Shown here: positions 9,662 to 22,900 of the stretch, in pieces
How the letters are laid out: each line of letters begins with the position of its first letter
How positions within the stretch are numbered: position 1 is the first letter of the stretch
DNA from: Entomortierella parvispora E1425
Taxonomy: Eukaryota; Fungi; Mortierellomycota
DNA length: 64,000 nt
Reading direction: 5' to 3'
Assembly (NCBI GenBank): GCA_020891255.1
Contig: BQFW01000004.1
Span: forward strand, 2,837,439-2,901,438
The notes under the pieces: model-generated
Database searches by the model: none
What the model was told of the DNA's origin: nothing
The model's input: only the letters and a program-made list of their open reading frames with translations
Position numbers and translations under genes: made by a program

Positions 9662-11701
9662 ATGTCCGGTGGCTTCATATCTGTTCCCTCGATCGGGGCT
9701 GTCCTGGTTCCATTGTTCGTCCTCGTCAGCGCTCTTTTTGGCCCAGGACTACTCAATGTTCCCTGCACTCCCTATCTCATCGTTGCGTTGAGTCTTGGGT
9801 ATTTGGAGCGCCTTGGCCCCTGGTCTCGCTCTGTCATCTTCCCTGGTCTTTATCTACTGGCCTGTCTGACTGTCGGCACAGGTCTCGCGTACAGTGGCAT
9901 GCTCCAGTCTGACGTCTGGGACAATTCCTTGATGGGGACGCCATTCTTGATCGGCCTTGGAGTTTCGATCATCAACTTAATCCCGTTATGGATCCATTTG
10001 GCCTGGCATCGTCGGTTCTTGCCCCAGGAGCGGTTCCAAAACGGAGGCCTGGCTCTCCTGGGAACCTTAGTTGCGCCTGCCGTCTGGGTGGCGCTGTTCA
10101 CCATTATCTACGCGGTTAGTCCCATTGGATCTTATGGGTCGATTGCGTACACACAATTTCAGATTGAACCTCTGGTGCAATGGGCTTCCGTGGCTGGCAT
10201 CTCAGGAATCGAGTTCTATGTGGTGAGTCTTCGAGTTTTGTTTCGGCCCGTTTTTGAGAATAATTATTGTTTGTCATGTAACAGCCGCTGGGCTCAGACT
10301 CGACAGCACGATGTTGACCAAGAAGGGCTTTCTTTTGACGCTTTTTTTCCAAATGTTTGCTTCTATGTTTACCATATTAGGTGTGGGCATCGGTCATCCT
10401 CCACAGGACCTGGAAGAACTATGTCCGCCTTGACTCCAGGGACAGCGATACACAAAATTGGGGCAACATCGGGCAAGGACGAGGAGACGGTTTGGACACC
10501 CGACGTTGTCATGGGCGCTTTAGGCTCTTTCGCCGAATTCTTTTTGCACCCGCGCCTACTTTTGTCATCGTCACCTTTGTGATCTTCCTGTATGGCTCGA
10601 TGCGATTTTGGAACGGCAACGGGACTTTTTTCATGAAACCATTGAGCAGTACCATGCTCCCTACCGTCCGCGCCAGCTGTGTGATTGGCTCCTCGGACTC
10701 TAACAATATGTCGGGGTATTTGAACCAAACGGTCGAATACGCGAAGCAGGGATCCGAAATTGTCATTTGGAGCGAAACCGCCGTCTTGATGAACAACTCT
10801 CAAATGGCTGACCAGTTTTTGAACGTCGCCAAGAACATCTCGACTACGTATGGCATTTACCTGGGTGTGACCTATTCTCAGTTTTTGGATGAGCAATTGG
10901 TCCAGAGCAAGAACATGTTCACATTGGTGGACCCCCAGGGCGAAATCGCGTTCATGTACCAGAAGGCACACCCGGTGACTATGGTGGAGACGACAGTAAC
11001 CGCTGGGCCCAATGTCTTGCCGGTAGCAGATTCGGACAAGTTTGGACGACTGGGAGGTTCGATTTGTTTCGACATGGATTTCCAGAATTTTATTGCACAA
11101 GCCGGGAAAAAGAAGGTTGATTTGATGCTACAGCCGAGCTGGACCTGGGGTAAGAGAATGACTTGACCAAAGTTGCGAACCATGTGGACCATATCCAGCA
11201 AATGACGTTTCTGACGAGTGTCTCAAACCCTTCCCGTCGATCCTTTGTCACATAGGCTCTATCGGGCGCCTGGAGGCTTCCATTCAATCTTTCAGAGCTG
11301 TCGAGCAAGGGTTCTCGTTGTTCCGTTGTGGCTCATGGGCACCTTCGACTGCCTGGGATGCTTACCATCAGCTCTTTGGTTACACCTACAATCTTGGTTC
11401 CGGCTCTTTCCACGCAGACATTCCCCTGCGCAAGCATGTCTCTACCATCTATACTGCTGTCGGCAGCTTGTGGTCATATATCTGCTGTGTTTACGCCATT
11501 GCCTCCTTGGTCTTGGTGCTGATCCCTCAACGGTTCTTGGACCAGGGAATGGCGCGACTTGGGGGTCACCGACTCTTTTTTAAAGTTGGATCGAATGATA
11601 CCAGCATCGATGGTTCGAACGCGTCCGAGAACAATAACCAGCTTGCTTCTGTGGACCAGGAGGGTCTCGCGCATTCTGGAACTGCAGAGGAATCGGTGTA
11701 A
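9662..11701 (+). CDS. Apolipoprotein N-acyltransferase (Lnt)-like membrane protein of the carbon-nitrogen hydrolase superfamily, 3 exons (9662-10222, 10381-11149, 11256-11701)
   Basis: The multi-TM N-terminus carries the Lnt-like SYGSIAYTQ..EPLVQWASVAGISGIEF. The triad motifs are IWSETAV (E), YQKAHPV (K) and GSICFDMDF (C), followed by QPSWTW and FRAVEQGFSLFRC. A C-terminal TM helix is present, and the GT-AG introns keep the frame. Confidence 0.85.
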
Positions 11702-13166
11702 GGAGACAATCTCCCAAAAATAAAGTTGTCTGTCCCAAACGGCCGGCTGAAATAAGTTGTGTAAATGACACTCCTCAAGTTTTTCTTTCTTTCCTCCCCC
11801 TTACATGAAAGATAAAAGAAATGGAGAGGTCCAAAAGTTCCCAAAGACTCTGCAGGGCCAATGCACTCAGAGTGGATTGGACGGGTAACGCGACAGGTGG
11901 TCGAGAAATATATATGTTTTTTTTTTTTTGAAAGGTGGCGGTAAAATGTAAAAACTCAAGAATTGGACTCTAGCAGTGCTCCCCGTTCTCACCCCTCCGG
12001 CAAAAGAAGGGTTCGCTCGACCCGAGTGGAATTTGCCAATGACGATTGGAGTGTGGATTATGGTCGGCGATGTTCCGAACATAGAGATGAAGAGTAGAGA
12101 GATGATCTATTATGAGGTCAGAGGATGTTGAAGCTAAAGGCACTGAGTGTCATATTGCACTTGTCATTAGTACCTTTGACACCCTGACCTAGCCTGACCA
12201 CTCTTTATGGGATGACCGTGGAAGGATGGTCATGGTTTGGTGGTCAGCCAGCTATTCCATACATCCACATAGATATTAGTGATAATGAAAGGGTTGGTGG
12301 GTCATTTTGCGGGACGAGAAAAACATTTCCAGAAGAGTCTTCTACTAGGGCTGTTCCCGGTCTCTCCCAGCCCTCTCTCCACACGGTATTGAGCGCGTGC
12401 GCCTCAATCAGAAGGACACAATAGAAAAAAAAAAGCCAACAAAAAAAGAAAAAAAAAAAATGCCTCATTTTTGTCCTTGTTGCCCCTGCCTCTCCTTCAC
12501 GAAGTCCACCACACCAGAACCAGGCGAGGTCTTTGGTCTGCAGTCGTGGTGTTGCGGCAAGGCAAAGAGGAGGAGCAGGGCAACCAAGGCAGGGCAACCA
12601 AGGCAAGGCAAAGGCAAGGAAAGTCAAAGCAGCAGGGCAAACGAAATAGCCGGGCAAGGGAAGGTAGCACACAGGGCAAGTGAATGGGTTGTGCTGCTAT
12701 CTGGTTGAATGAGGTGGATCATGGTGTGCTGATAAAAATAATCCAGCAGGCATGGAGCAGGCAGACAGATAAGACGAGACATTGCTCTCTTCTCTCTATC
12801 TCTCCCTCTCTCTCTCTCTCTCTTCTCCAACAACTCGTTTTCTTTTGACCGTTCTTAATCATCCTTCCATCCTTCCATCCTTCCACCCACCTCTCTCGTT
12901 TCAGACAGGCAAACAGACAGACAGTCATCCTCGTTTCCTAATTGAGCTGTCGCACTGAACATTCTCGTCCATTGTCTCATTTGTCAGCCCCGCGTCTCTC
13001 TCCGTCTTGGCAATCGACTATTTCTACTCTATCGTTCTCCCATTTCTTCGTTTCTCTCCTTGTCTCTCGTCGCTCATCACCTCTCTCGTGTACATATTCC
13101 CTTCACTCTCCCTTGTAATCTACTCATCTTTTGTACCATACATACCCTCTTTCCACACTTTGCACA

Positions 13167-14997
13167 ATGGTTACCTTTTCAACTGACTACTGGGCTCCCG
13201 CCATGGAAGTCAATGTCCGACGACGAACCGAGAAAACCGGTGGTCTGACCGCAACAGCCGCCCCCGGTGCTCACCAGCCGCACCATGACGACCACTGGTC
13301 CACCCTGCGACAAGTCCCTACCCTCGAATCCTCCTCGACTTCTTCCTCCCACGGCGGTAATGGCAGTGTCGTCAACTTTCCCTCACCATATCCTTCAGAT
13401 TCGACTCCAACTCTCAAGAAGACCCTTCTCGGTGGCGCCTCAAAACCAACGCCTCTTACTGTCCCCACCTCCAAGAAGCAGAACCTCATCCACAAGATCT
13501 TTCACCACGAGTCCAAAGGAAGCGCTTCGACTTCTCCTGAGGATGATCCTTATCTGATTGGTACCTCCAGTCCACTCGAGAAGAAGAATCTGTTCAACTT
13601 TATGATCGGACGAGGCTCAAGCTTTGGCAGCGAGCGAGGAATCGATGCTGCTGCTGGCATGTCTGGTTCAAAAAAGAACGGCGCCCTTGGAACGAATACT
13701 GCCTTGACGATCGCCAACAATGACTGCACCCTGTTGAAGAAGTACGGACTTTGTGATAAGGGTCATATCGGCCAGGGAGCCACCGCCGTGGTCCGATTGG
13801 CACACAAGCTTGCCAGAGATGAGTCCAGCGAAAAGTTGTTTGCCGTCAAAGAGTTCCGGAAACGGAATAAGGACGAGACCGAGAAGGAGTACGTCAAGAA
13901 GTTGACAAGCGAATTCTGTATCTCGTCCACTCTGCACCACGAAAACATTGTCGAGACGGTGGATCTTGTCCAGGATGAACAGCACCACTGGTGTGAAGTT
14001 ATGGTAAGGTTTGCTTTCATTTGTTGTCATCAGGCACTTTGGGAGGCACACCTGGAATTCCAGGGAGCCCATCATCATGGGAAGCAGGGTCAATGAGGTC
14101 AGGCAAAGGGGCGAGAACGGGCTGACATTCGTTGTTAGACTGACGCACATGTGGCACGGACGACTTTAATCAGGAAGGCACCAAATCAAAAAAAAAAAAA
14201 AAAAGAAATCCCTCATTTGTTTGGTACTGTGCAACCATGATGATCGGGAAAGAGGACAAACGTGCGAAGGGGCTATTTTTTGGGCGCAATGAAATGCCTA
14301 CCGCCTCGTACCCTACTTTTGCATGCATGTGTACTAATCTGCTTATTTTTATCTCTCTTTGTAGGAGTACTGCTGTGGCGGTGACTTGTACAACACTATC
14401 AAGCAGGGCCATATGTCCCGGATAGAGATCGATTGCTGCTTCAAGCAACTGGTCAATGGTGTCGCGTACTTGCATTCCATGGGCGTTGCCCATCGTGACA
14501 TCAAGCCCGAGAACCTGCTGCTGGACGGACAGGGTCGCATCAAGATTACAGACTTTGGTGTTTCGGACGTCTTCCGGATGTGCTGGGAGAAGTCCCCTCA
14601 TCTCTCCAAGGGTCTCTGCGGCTCTGAGCCCTATATCGCCCCCGAAGAGTTCCTCAGCAAAGAGTACGATGCCCGTTGTGTAGATGTCTGGGCCTGTGGT
14701 ATCGTTTACTACTGCATGGTCTACCAGGGTATCCCTTTCCGAGCTGCCATGTCCCAAGATTTGAACTACAAGCACTTTTTGGAGATGCGCGCCGTCAACA
14801 ATTACGAGCCATTTGAAAAGTTGCCCCTTGGATGCCGCACACTGATGAAGAAGATCTTGGACCCCAACCCAAAGACAAGAATTACTATTGAGCAAATCAA
14901 AGAGGATCCTTGGTTCAAGAGCATTGAGACGTGTCTCCATGGCGAGAACCAGGACCCACATCGCCACCTTGAACCCTCCAATCCCTCAAAGTTCTAA
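13167..14997 (+). CDS. HAL/NPR-family Ser/Thr protein kinase (SAT4/HRK1-like), 2 exons (13167-14003, 14365-14997)
   Basis: Kinase motifs are IGQGATAVV, FAVKEF, HRDIKPENLL, DFGVS, CGSEPYIAPE and DVWACG. KLTSEFCISSTLHHENIVETVDL is typical of the fungal HAL4/5 group. Confidence 0.92.
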
Positions 14998-15472
14998 GGC
15001 GCTGGTCAGCCTGACTCCTCAGCGCGAAGAGTCCTAAAATGTAAAATAAAAAAAGCATTTGCAAGCGCAACTTGATTTTTCACCCATCCTGTCTTCCCAG
15101 CTTGCACCTTCTGACGTTTTGCGCCACCAATTGTGACTGCTGACAAATGAGGAGAAGGGGAGCAACGTCCTTCCATGTGCGGCTTGCATGAATGAACCTC
15201 AACTCGTTTTCATCCGCATCATCCATGGTAAAGGGCGCTTGCTTGACTCTGGAAAGGGAATCTGTCGACAGGAAACACCACCTACAGACCGCCTCACCGC
15301 TTGTGGGAGGAGCACGAGGCCGCGTCAATGGCACCCTTGTGACATGATCTCCAATAGGTCCAATCGTGTTTCTCCCGTGGACATGTCTTTGGTGGAAATG
15401 TCCTCACTGCGTTGCCTGACCCTACTGTTCTTACTGAATTTTTTTTGGCTTCTCTTCCTCACCTAGTCGCCG

Positions 15473-16998
15473 TTGAACCCCATCATTTATATACCCCCAA
15501 CGGTCCTGGTGCTCGCGATTGGAGGGATTGTGGTCTACAACTATCATGATCGACTTTTGGATGTCCGAGACAGTACCTTGAGGAGGCTCGGGAGACTCTG
15601 GACGTCCCGAGGTAGAGACGGTGGACGGTATGATCGGATTCAAGATCAGGATGTTATTGAGGCTGTTCAGGGATGGTCCCCCGGTCAGGATCCAGGATTG
15701 GGACAATTGGAGGACGAGGATTTCGAGTTTGATGAGGAGGAGGAAGAAGAATTGGATGGGGAGCAAGGTGATGGGGCTGGCGCTACACAGGGATTGGGAA
15801 CAGAAGGCGACGAAGAAAGCGAACTGATGCCCGAGACCCTTGCAACCACAACCACTTCTGCAAGACTTCGGATGCATCACGAGATGGTCCAGCAGATGCG
15901 AGCGCGAGCTGGATTTGCACCCGAGCCATTCCCAGGTGACGAGCCAGGAGGAGGCGAGGGGAACGATGACGAGGATGAAGACGATGAAGAGGAAGGAGGA
16001 GCAGGCACGTCGCAAGCACACGCTGCAACCGCAAATCATATTCGACGCATCGGCAAGAAAAAGGCAGAGAAACTTCAACGGAAGGAGCAAATGCGTGCTT
16101 ATCGCGAGGTAACTACAAGAGACATGAAAAGCGCAGTGCGAAAGGAATCACAATGGAGAAAAGATTCCATGCTTTGAGGATCCGATTACCTGACCACATT
16201 TTCCTTTCTCTCTGCCCTTTTTGAATTAGTTTATGGATGCTCAACGAGAGGAGAGGCGACAACAAGAGGAGATGTACAAGGCCCACGAAGCTGCACTACA
16301 GGAAGAGCGTCAACGGAAACGGGCGGCTCAAATTGAGAAGGATCGCCAGCGAAAAGAGCTTTTGAAAAAGAAGGAACTCAAGGATCAGGAATCCAAACTG
16401 AAGCAATCTCAGATCGAGAGCCTCAGAGATGAAACTGTCCGCAAGGAGCTTTTGGCTTACATCCAGGTAAGCTACACTTTTTTGTGCTGTCTATGGGCTG
16501 CGGTCGAATATCTGCTGGTGTCTGTCTTGTTGATGTTGAATACTTGCGCTTTTTTTGCTCATCATTCCTCCCTCTGCCTTTTCTAATGGCATCTAGAGAA
16601 TCAAATCATTTCGACTGCCTGAGCTGGCTAAAAGAATGGACAGGACTGAGGCACAGTTATTGAAGGACTTGGCTGCACTTGCTCAGGAGACTTCTCAGGA
16701 GCAATCTTCGTCAACAACATCCTCACCACCACCACCTCCTCGAATCGTATTGGCATCAAGTCTTCTCTCTGCAGCAAATTCCCCTGTTCTAGTGCGCTCG
16801 AAATCAGGGGCAGCAGTGTCCACAACGTTGCCAAACCGGCATCAAGTTCTTATCTTGCATGATTCTTCATCGGATCAATACGTGGTGCTGAATGACACTC
16901 AACTTCGTGCCTTTTCAGAAAAGGTATTGGCCCCAGGGAGAGTTCATACAAAAGAGTTGAGTAAGGCAAGTCAGGATGTGTTTTCAGCTCAAAAATAA
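15473..16998 (+). CDS. Divergent DDRGK1/UFBP1-like ER membrane protein (exons ~15466-16108, 16230-16466, 16597-16998; true start uncertain)
   Basis: An N-terminal TM is followed by an acidic linker, RIGKKKAEKLQRKEQMRAYRE (cf. human KIGAKKLRKLEEKQARKAQRE) and a coiled coil. Then come LLAYIQRIKSFRLPELA (cf. FINYIKQSKVVLLEDLA) and QYVVLNDTQL...GRVHTKELSKAS (cf. KFIYITPEEL...GRVSIAELAQAS). An AG at 15464-15465 suggests a small unresolved upstream exon. Human sequences were recalled, not aligned. Confidence 0.72.
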
Positions 16999-17155
16999 AG
17001 TGCTGTTTCTTTTTTCCCAAGCGTGTTTATTGTGCTTGTGCTTTGTACTGATTATGAGGTTCTGGAGTAAACGTAGGGTGGTAGAGTTATTGTGCACAGT
17101 GGTGCGATGTGAAATGCATGAAGAGGGTAGGTGGTTGGGTATCGTCGTGCGCGTT

Positions 17156-19640
17156 TTAGTTGATTTCGGCGTACATGCGCTCAATCTCGACGCTGTACTT
17201 CTCCTTGGCAGCATGTCTCTTGAGCTTGAAAGTGGGGGTCTAAGAGGAAGATCGGAATCGAACGGGGTAAGTATATTTGCATTTCAAGGTACATACCTTC
17301 ACAGAAGCATTGGCTGCGCAATAACTTACAAGGAGATCGTTGTCGATCGTGAACTGTTCTGGAGTCACGTAAATGTTCTTCAGAATCTCAAAGCCCTTGA
17401 GATCAGACTCCTTTCCAAAGACAGTGAGCTCCTTTTGGAGAGTGGTGCGAACCTGAGGATGGGCACAGAGTTCCTCATAGGTCTTTCCACCAAGTCCGTT
17501 GTCCTTGGCCCATACCAAGAGTGTCTCAGAGTCAGGGACGACAACACCAACAAGCATAGCCTGAAGAGAATGTCCATAGACAAAAACCTGGGCGACCAAG
17601 AAGTGCTTCGCCAAGACGGCCTCAATCTTTTCAGGCGCAATGTACTCGCCCTGTGCCAACTTGAAAATATTTTTGACTCGGTCAATGACAACCAGGCGTC
17701 CTTGGGCATCCCACTGACCAACATCGCCAGTTCTAAAATGAAAAAAAAGGCATGAAGCATGGAATGGTAAGTCTCCAATCATCTGCACACACACACGGAA
17801 TCAAAGGCAATGTTTACAATAGCAACAACTTACCCAGACCATCCCTCAGCATCCAGAGTCTCTGCAGTTTGTTGAGGAGCCTTGTAGTAACCCTTGAAGA
17901 CAGAGTTACCGCGGAGCATGATCTCACCACGAGGGAAAGGCTTGTCCTCGCTGGTGTAGTTCATGCTAGGAATATCCCTCAGCTTGACTTCTGTGCACAG
18001 CTGTGGGGGTCCAACCTGACCGGGGGTCAAATCACCACGGTAGCTCATGCTCAGACCAGCAGCCTGTTCAGTCTGACCATAGCCCTCGTACACATCGGCA
18101 CTGAAGCAAATGCGGAGGAAATCCATCACATCGGGCGAGATGGGGGCGGATCCAGAGACAATATGCCTGACCTTGCCTCCCAAACGGGCACGAATGGCTC
18201 CAAAGACCAGGCGATCCCAGAGGGCGTGGTGAATGATACCGCGTCTCAAATTGGCCTTCTTGGTGTTGTAGGCACGGTTGAAAAGGAAAGCGGCAACACC
18301 ACCCTTGGCCTTGACACCAGCCAAAACCTTGTCGTAGATGCGGTTGAACAAACGAGGAACAGACGCGAAGATGGTGGGTTGCAAAACAGCAACGTCATCG
18401 AGGAGCTTCAAAGTATCGCCCTGGTAGTATCCAACACGGGCTGCGCCAGAGATCATGACAGCCTGGCAGAGACGCTCAAAGACGTGAGCCAAAGGAAGGT
18501 AAGACACATGAGTGTCTGCAGGAGAGGGGATGAAGAACTTTCCGTGCTTAGCCATGGTGTGGAAAGAGGCGATGGTCGAGATGAAGTTCTTGTGGGTCAA
18601 AATGGCGCCCCTAGATATCACGAACCAAGAGAGAAGAGAGCACATTAGTAAAAGAACGGTCAAAGTGCAATTGGCTCTCATCCTTAGTTCCTGATCTGGT
18701 CCCATTTCCGGTTTTTAGTAAAGTTGGAAAACGATCCAGCGCAGCGACTTACTTGGGGGTTCCAGTTGTTCCAGAAGTGTAGCAAATGGTGGCAACATCC
18801 TCAGCGGTGGGGTGGACGGCCTGGACAGGCTTCTCGCGACCTGAGCGCTCAACATCGGCCCAGGAGACAACGTGAACATTGAGCTCCTTGGCCTCATCCA
18901 GCAAGGTCTGATCAACATCGCCCATAACAACAACAGTCTTGACGGTGGGCAGAGTAGACTTCATGTTCAAGATGATCGAAGCCTTGTCAGCCGAGGCGAT
19001 AACGATCTCCATCTCGGTCTGGTTGACAATATACTCAATGGCCGAGACGCCCAGGGTGTCGTAAAGAGGGACAGTGGTGTAGTTGTACATGTATCCAGAC
19101 AACTCACTCATGGTCTAAAGAAATGCAAGGTTAAAACTTGGTCAGCGTGGCAGTTCAATCGCATCAACAGATCGCACAGACGTTGACAGGGTGGTGCACA
19201 GTACCCATTCAGGACGGTTGATGGCAAAGATACCAAAGTTGTTGTTGGGAGCAAGGCCGAGATGAGACAACCCAGCGCCAAAGTGAGTGATGCGCTCTTT
19301 GACCTCGGCATAGGTCTGCCACTGGTAGGCCTGGGGCACGTCGTCGACGATGGGGCGATGACCAAGGAATTCTCCACCCTCTAAGAAAAGAATCAAAATG
19401 GTTAGGTTCAAGTGATCAGATTGTCGGGCAGGTTGGCGGCTAATCAAACGGGCCCGTACCGGCACGCTGGACGCCCTCGAGGAAGTTTTCGTAAAGGGTA
19501 GTGATGGTGACTCCAGCCTTGATGGATGGGTAGTTCTCGAGGAGCTTCTCGGGGCAGAGAACGCTGCGACGGGGCTTGCCCTCGCCTGGGATGGCGGGGC
19601 TGTTGGGGACAACAACAGAGTACATTTGCTCAGTGGCCAT
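17156..19640 (-). CDS. Long-chain fatty acyl-CoA synthetase (eukaryotic LC-FACS), ~7 exons
   Basis: Motifs are TICYTSGTTGTPKG, SYLPLAHVFER, YEGYGQTE, TGDVGQWD, IDRVKNIFKLAQGEYIAPEKIE and the terminal TPTFKLKRH. Start is MATEQMYSV at 19640 and the stop was read at 17156-17158. Confidence 0.95.
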
Positions 19641-20871
19641 GATGATGCAGAAGGACAGGGAGATTACGAGAAAGAAAAGAAAAGGAACGAAAGAGGCTGT
19701 TGCACTGCGTGTGTAATTACAAGCAGGGATGAGGAAGAGGCGGATGGGGACGAGGAAGCGAAATGAGAAAGGATGGGGTCGAGAAAGGGTGAAGGAGAGT
19801 CAAAGAGACAGAGGAAAAAGGAACGAAAAAGGGGACGATTTTATCCCCTGGCTGGCTTGTGCTCCGCGACTTTCGTGGATGGTCAGGCACTGCGTTGCGT
19901 TGCGTTGCGTTGTGGGCCATGCTCTCGGTCGCTCGTTCACTCTCGGTCGTCCTCCGTCCCTTCTCTTCTTTCCCCCATTCCATTCCTTGGCTCTTTTCTT
20001 TTGTCTCGCTGCCTGGCTGTCCATCCCTGCTGCTGCTGTTTCTCATTCTTCTTCCTCCACCTTCGGTCTCGCTCTCCCATACACCGCGGCACAGACTCCG
20101 ACGGGCGACCAAACTCTTTTTTTGTTCTTTTGGGGGAATGGTGGGGGAGGGTCTTGCCTTTGTTGCTGTTGATGGGATACGACGCAGAAGATATTCTAGA
20201 GAGGACCTTGTGATCTGTGCTTTTCACTTCCTGTGGGTGTCTGCGCCCGTGAGTGAGTGCGGGTGTCTCTCCACAAGCCAGCAGGTGCACGGGAATGCAG
20301 TTCCACCTTGTTTAATACATGGACGCGGCTTTGTTTCGCATTGGAACGGACCTTGGACAGGGTAGCACCGAAATCCTCAATTGCTCTTTCTTGTACTCCC
20401 TGCCCGCTCGCACGCGCATGCACATGTGCCTGCTTCTGCGCGTTGTTGCAGGAGTCCGTCACCACAGATCCTTTGTCGTTGGCGGCACTTCGGAGCATAT
20501 GTCACCCGTCTCCTCAAGATGGGTTTCGGCCCCTTGCCTCAACATCGTTCTTGATGATGTTTAGTTGCTCAAGCGCACTAGTATCGGAGAGTGCCCTCAA
20601 TGGGTCAAACCGTTACATCTTTAAGAACACACCCTTCACAGCGGCACTTGCCTTTGACGTTCAAGGTCAACGTCAAAAATGGTGGCAAACCAAATGTAGA
20701 CCATCAGTGTGCACGTGATGCCGACACCTGAGCAACGTGACCCCATGTTGGAAGCATGCATGCAAATGCCCCATGCCTCATCTCCATCTCTAACCAGCAC
20801 GGACCAGCACCCTCAACAGCCACAGTAGCAGAAGCAATAACAAGCAACAGGACTCCACACAGAGCAGCGCC

Positions 20872-22631
20872 ATGAATGTCAAAGGAGGCTCGCTGTTGTT
20901 CATCAACTTCAACCAGGACTTTAGGTAGGCACGCTCCCTCCCTTCCACGCTTTTTTCCGAGTTATTGAGAGCATGGAGACTAACGCTTTCCTCTCTTCGC
21001 CTTGGCACTATTTGACCGATAGCTGCATTTCTGTTGGTACAAAGCATGGATTCAAAATATACAACTGTGATCCTTTCGGAAAATGCTATTCTAAAGGTAC
21101 AATATCGACGCGCTCTCTTTCCATGTCCACGCATCCTCACACACAAACTGACTGGTCTCGAGACAACGCTTCTTTTTTTTTTTTCCCCTTCCAAAACCAA
21201 CGACAACAGCGGACAGTTCAACAGGAATCGTGGAGATGCTTTTCTGCACCTCACTGGTTGCAGTCGTTGGAGCAGGAGATCAACCTACATCTTCCCCAAG
21301 AAGACTTCAGATCATCAACACCAAGGTGAGGGTCAACGACATGTTAAATCTCTTGTTGGCAGCTGACGGAAATCGATCGAAACTTGAACTAATATTCATT
21401 CTGATGATTGTTTGTCATTAGCGTCAGTCCACCATCTGTGAACTAACGTTCCCAACATCGATCCTTTCGGTCAAGCTTAACCGCAAGCGACTGATTGTCG
21501 TGCTTGAGGATCAAATCTACGTCTATGACATTTCGAATATGAAGCTCTTGCATACGATCGAGACGAGCCCCAATCCTAATGGTAACCTGCTATGTTCATG
21601 GAGCGGTCCAATGTAGTCATTTTCTGTGGAGGAAACATCTAACCGCAGACATTGCCTCGGAATAGCCATTTGTGCATTGTCTCCTTCGAGCGAAAACTGC
21701 TATCTGGCCTACCCCTCTCCATTGCCATCAACAGCCTCACCGTTTTCAAGTCGCGATGCTCCTCGGGGTCCTTCGGGAGACGTGCTCATCTTTAATGCAC
21801 TTACCCTGCAAGTAGTCAATATTGTTCAGGCACACAAAACCTCTGTCTCCAACATTTCAATCAATGCGGAAGGAACCATGCTTGCCACTGCTAGCGACAA
21901 AGTAGGCATTCTTTTTTCTTTTTACCAAGGCATACCGCCATCGATTTTTTCTTGTGAATTTCCACTAATTTTACCTCCTTCACCACCATAGGGAACCGTG
22001 ATCCGTATTTTCTCTATACCTAACGCACAGAGGCTGTACCAGTTCAGGAGAGGATCACAGTCTGCAAAAATTTACTCCCTCTCGTTCAATCTTGTCAGCA
22101 CTTTGCTCTGTGTGTCTAGCGATACAGACACGGTTCATATTTTCAAGCTCGGAGGATCTAGTAGTGGAAGCGCAAGTCAGAGAGCACTCACGGAGGGTTC
22201 TCTGGACTACAAACGAGCAGGCGTGACCTCTGCACTCCGCCGTCGGTCGATGCACATTGGAAAGAGCTTGGCAGGGAGTGTTGGATCGTATCTTCCAGGA
22301 GTTGTCACAGAGATCTTTGAGCCTTCGCGAGACTTCGCTTATCTCAAACTCCCCAGCGCAGGCGTCCAAAGCGTCATTGCATTGAGCAAGTAAGTTTTTT
22401 TTTTGTTGTTTCTGAAGCAGCCGTGATTTCACGTGTCTCCACTCCTTATGAACTCTTACATTGACATGTTTGTTTTGTAGTACAACTCCTCAAGTCATGG
22501 TCGCCACCTCGGATGGGTACCTTTACCAGTATAATATTGATCTGGACAATGGTGGTCCATGTGTGCTTTTGAAACAGTACAGCCTGCTGGAGTCGACTGA
22601 GGACTTTGCTGGTTCACCAGGATCGGACTGA
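20872..22631 (+). CDS. ATG18: Autophagy PROPPIN Atg18/WIPI (WD40 beta-propeller), ~7 exons
   Basis: Motifs are [35 protein letters not shown]...LATASDKGTVIRIF and the phosphoinositide-binding FRRG motif (YQFRRGS), followed by EPSRDFA. All introns are GT-AG. Confidence 0.95.
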
Positions 22632-22900
22632 AGTTGACCGGCTCGCACAGATATTGGCATTTACCCCACATTCCCGCTATTTGGAATAAATCGAGAAAAC
22701 GTGAACAGCAAAAGCATGTTGAGCTGACTTTGAGAGACATCACGTTGAGAGTGCATCCTACTTTTAAATTTCATCTGCAGAGCAGCCCAAGATGCCTATC
22801 TTCCCAATGCAAAAATACTGGCAGCCAGCATCTCAAACCAGTTTCATATAATGAGTGGAAATGAAGGATATATATTTGTGTCTATCTTTTTGTTTATGGT

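Noticed and set aside
12540-12830. GGCAA-rich degenerate repeat and (CT)n tract with overlapping short ORFs
   Set aside because: This is low-complexity promoter/leader DNA upstream of the kinase, and the ORFs lack coding features.
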